From the IMG/VR virus record IMGVR_UViG_3300010048_000037, positions 1 to 25,236 of that record: a stretch of DNA of 25,236 nucleotides, one strand, 5' to 3'. A model generated the notes under the pieces. It ran no database searches, was not told the origin of the DNA, and saw only the letters and a list, made by a program, of their open reading frames with translations. Shown piece after piece: positions 23,452-25,236 of this stretch. The position numbers were made by a program, and so were the translations under genes. Every line of letters starts with the position of its first letter. Position 1 is the first letter of the stretch. This stretch comes from a virus. Taxonomy: Duplodnaviria > Caudoviricetes.

Positions 23452-24438
23452 TTACGAAGCCTTGCCCACGGTTTTGATGTGGGGAAGCTTGACGCGGTTG
23501 ATCGCGCTGCGTACCATTTCGACATCCGCCTTCTGATATCTGAGCGACATCATCGGCGTGGTATGGCCCAAGGCCGCCATGATGGCGCGCGTCGTTTCAC
23601 GGTTCTGCGCCATCAGCGTACCCAGCGTGTGGCGCGCCATGTGCGCCGTGAAATAGATGCCGGTCTTCTCATTTAGCTTTTGCAGGTCGCGGTAGAACGC
23701 GGAGTAGTTTGTCCAGGGAAAGACTCGTCCCTGGCCTTTGGGTCCGAGGACCGCGATCACCTCATCATGCAGCGCGAAGGTTTCGTGCCGATCGCCCTTG
23801 GCGTTGAATAGCGTGAAGGTGTGACGCTTCAAATCGATCTGGCTCCAGTCGAGCTCCAGCGTTTTGCGAATGCGCGTGCCTTGGTGGAATAGCCAGATGA
23901 ACAGCCGGCGCATTTTGGAATCGGCAGCTTCGATCAGCGCCACCGCGATGTCGGCGTCGAGCGCCCGCGGCTTGGGCGCTGGTTCCTTGAACATCTCGAC
24001 CCGGATCCAGTCGCAGCCAAGACCCGCTTTGTTGGCGTAATGAAGCACGCTGATGACCGGGCGCATGATCTGCCGGTTGCGGGTCTGCGGCGCCAGGTTG
24101 CGGCCGATCTCGTTTGCGAGGGCGTGGATGTCCGCACCCTTGATCTCGCGGATGTTGCGCTGTCCAATTAGCGCGATGACTCTGTCGAGCCTCCTGCGGT
24201 CCTCGCGGCTTGGGTTGCGGAATGCGATGTAGCGCTGGGCCGCTTCCTCAAAGCTTATGCCCCTGGGCCGGGCGGCTTCTCTTTTGATTCGCTCTTCCAC
24301 CTCTTTCGCATGTCGTCGAGCAGCCTTCTCGTCTGTCGTGTACGTGATGATCTCGTGAAGCTGCCCGGCAATGCGACCACGTGCGATGAAGAATTTATTG
24401 CCCTTGCGTTGACCGGGAGGGATGAGGTGGAGCGGCAT
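23452..24438 (-). CDS. int: Tyrosine recombinase / phage integrase
   Basis: Catalytic set: R (HQGTR), K (NAKG), HxxR (HMARH), H (LGH), Y (SLRY). N-terminal arm-binding-like region. Confidence 0.92.
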   Translation of the reverse strand: MPLHLIPPGQRKGNKFFIARGRIAGQLHEIITYTTDEKAARRHAKEVEERIKREAARPRGISFEEAAQRYIAFRNPSREDRRRLDRVIALIGQRNIREIKGADIHALANEIGRNLAPQTRNRQIMRPVISVLHYANKAGLGCDWIRVEMFKEPAPKPRALDADIAVALIEAADSKMRRLFIWLFHQGTRIRKTLELDWSQIDLKRHTFTLFNAKGDRHETFALHDEVIAVLGPKGQGRVFPWTNYSAFYRDLQKLNEKTGIYFTAHMARHTLGTLMAQNRETTRAIMAALGHTTPMMSLRYQKADVEMVRSAINRVKLPHIKTVGKAS

Positions 24439-24623
24439 CGAGTAGCCTCGATAAGTTGCGTGAGATCTGCCTCGGTCAACATAACCGCACGCCCGGGTCG
24501 CGGCAAAGTAAGGCCGGCTTCGCTGATCCGGCGCTTAACAGTGCGTGGCGTAACACCCAAACGTGCTGCTGCTTCGGCAAGGGAGATAAGATTGATGCGA
24601 CGGTGATCGGGGGAATCGGTCAT
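24255..24623 (-). CDS. Excisionase-like HTH protein
   Basis: ISLAEAAARLGVTPRTVKRRI..GRAVMLTEADL; upstream of and overlapping int. ATG at 24623 is coupled to the GcrA-like stop. Confidence 0.75.
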   Translation of the reverse strand: MTDSPDHRRINLISLAEAAARLGVTPRTVKRRISEAGLTLPRPGRAVMLTEADLTQLIEATRCRSTSSLPVNARAINSSSHVVALPGSFTRSSRTRQTRRLLDDMRKRWKSESKEKPPGPGA

Positions 24624-24964
24624 CGCGGAACCCTCATGTAGCAGCGGGTTTTGTGCTCTTCGCAGTAGGGATAACCGGGGACGATTGGGGCTCGGCACCA
24701 GTGCGGCAGCCGGCCCTTCCACGGGCCGTTATCGAGGATAAAGCGGCACTCGTGTGGGCTCGGCACGCTCGCAGAAAGATCGATCGGCGGCGGTGGGGGT
24801 GTCGTGTCTTTCTCCTGCAAACGGTAGCGGTAGCGCGCACCGGCAACGGCGTGGTGGGAAATCGACATCACGGCGCCGATGCGGGTGTTGGAAAGCCCCA
24901 GCGCGATGAGCTCACGAAGTCGTAATACCGCAGTCTCGGTCCAGGTGGTAACGGGACCGCTCAC
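24620..24964 (-). CDS. gcrA: GcrA-like cell-cycle transcription regulator
   Basis: WTETAVLRLRELIALGLS..IG..MSISHHAVAGARYR N-domain plus ECRF..WC..P..GYPYCEEH..CY C-domain. Confidence 0.8.
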   Translation of the reverse strand: MSGPVTTWTETAVLRLRELIALGLSNTRIGAVMSISHHAVAGARYRYRLQEKDTTPPPPPIDLSASVPSPHECRFILDNGPWKGRLPHWCRAPIVPGYPYCEEHKTRCYMRVPR

Positions 24965-25024
24965 GGGTCGAGGGGGTCAATTTGTGGGTCGGCGTGGCGC
25001 ATCATTCGGCAGGTTCCCCCATAG

Positions 25025-25232
25025 GCGCGGGTGTCCTCTCCTCACTCATCACGGTTCATGCCCCAATCGGTGCGCCCTTCCGGCGCGTCGGCATCTGCCG
25101 TCAAATCCCAGAGGTTTTGGGCAAACTCCTTGCAGCGCTCGTCGGGCGCGTCGTTGATCCGCGCTTCGAGAAAATCCTGTATCCAGCCCATCCATTCATC
25201 GACGTTCATGCGCGGATGTCCTCTCCTCACTC
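25025..25232. repeat. 23-bp direct repeat pair (25025-25047 and 25210-25232)
   Basis: GCGCGG(G/A)TGTCCTCTCCTCACTC, one mismatch between copies. Confidence 0.8.
25042..25209 (-). CDS. Small acidic hypothetical protein (55 aa)
   Basis: MNVDEWMGWIQDFLEAR...; ATG at 25209 preceded by GAGGAGAGGA. Confidence 0.55.
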   Translation of the reverse strand: MNVDEWMGWIQDFLEARINDAPDERCKEFAQNLWDLTADADAPEGRTDWGMNRDE

Positions 25233-25236
25233 TTTC

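Overview
This window is about 25 kb of a GC-rich temperate podovirus with P22-type virion architecture. The GcrA-like gene suggests an alphaproteobacterial host. On the + strand the late module runs: portal C-terminus (partial), small and low-complexity genes, scaffold, P22-like coat protein, head-tail adaptor, gp10-like tail hub, modular fibre proteins, a 2OG-Fe(II) hydroxylase, a GNAT, three ejection proteins (one with an SLT domain) and further fibre/receptor-binding genes. Accessory inserts are an antisense HNH nuclease, a secreted GH26-like hydrolase and three small antisense membrane proteins. At the right end on the - strand are a GcrA-like gene, an excisionase-like HTH gene and a tyrosine integrase, followed by a tRNA-3'-end-like core. 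That core has phage genes on both sides, so it is probably an intact attP. The two most notable unexplained signals are a ~185-nt hairpin-array leader upstream of the capsid gene, with constant loops and linkers but different stems, and a set of shared terminal modules among the fibre proteins that looks like plug-and-socket docking. All family calls are from motif recognition by eye; no database searches were run.
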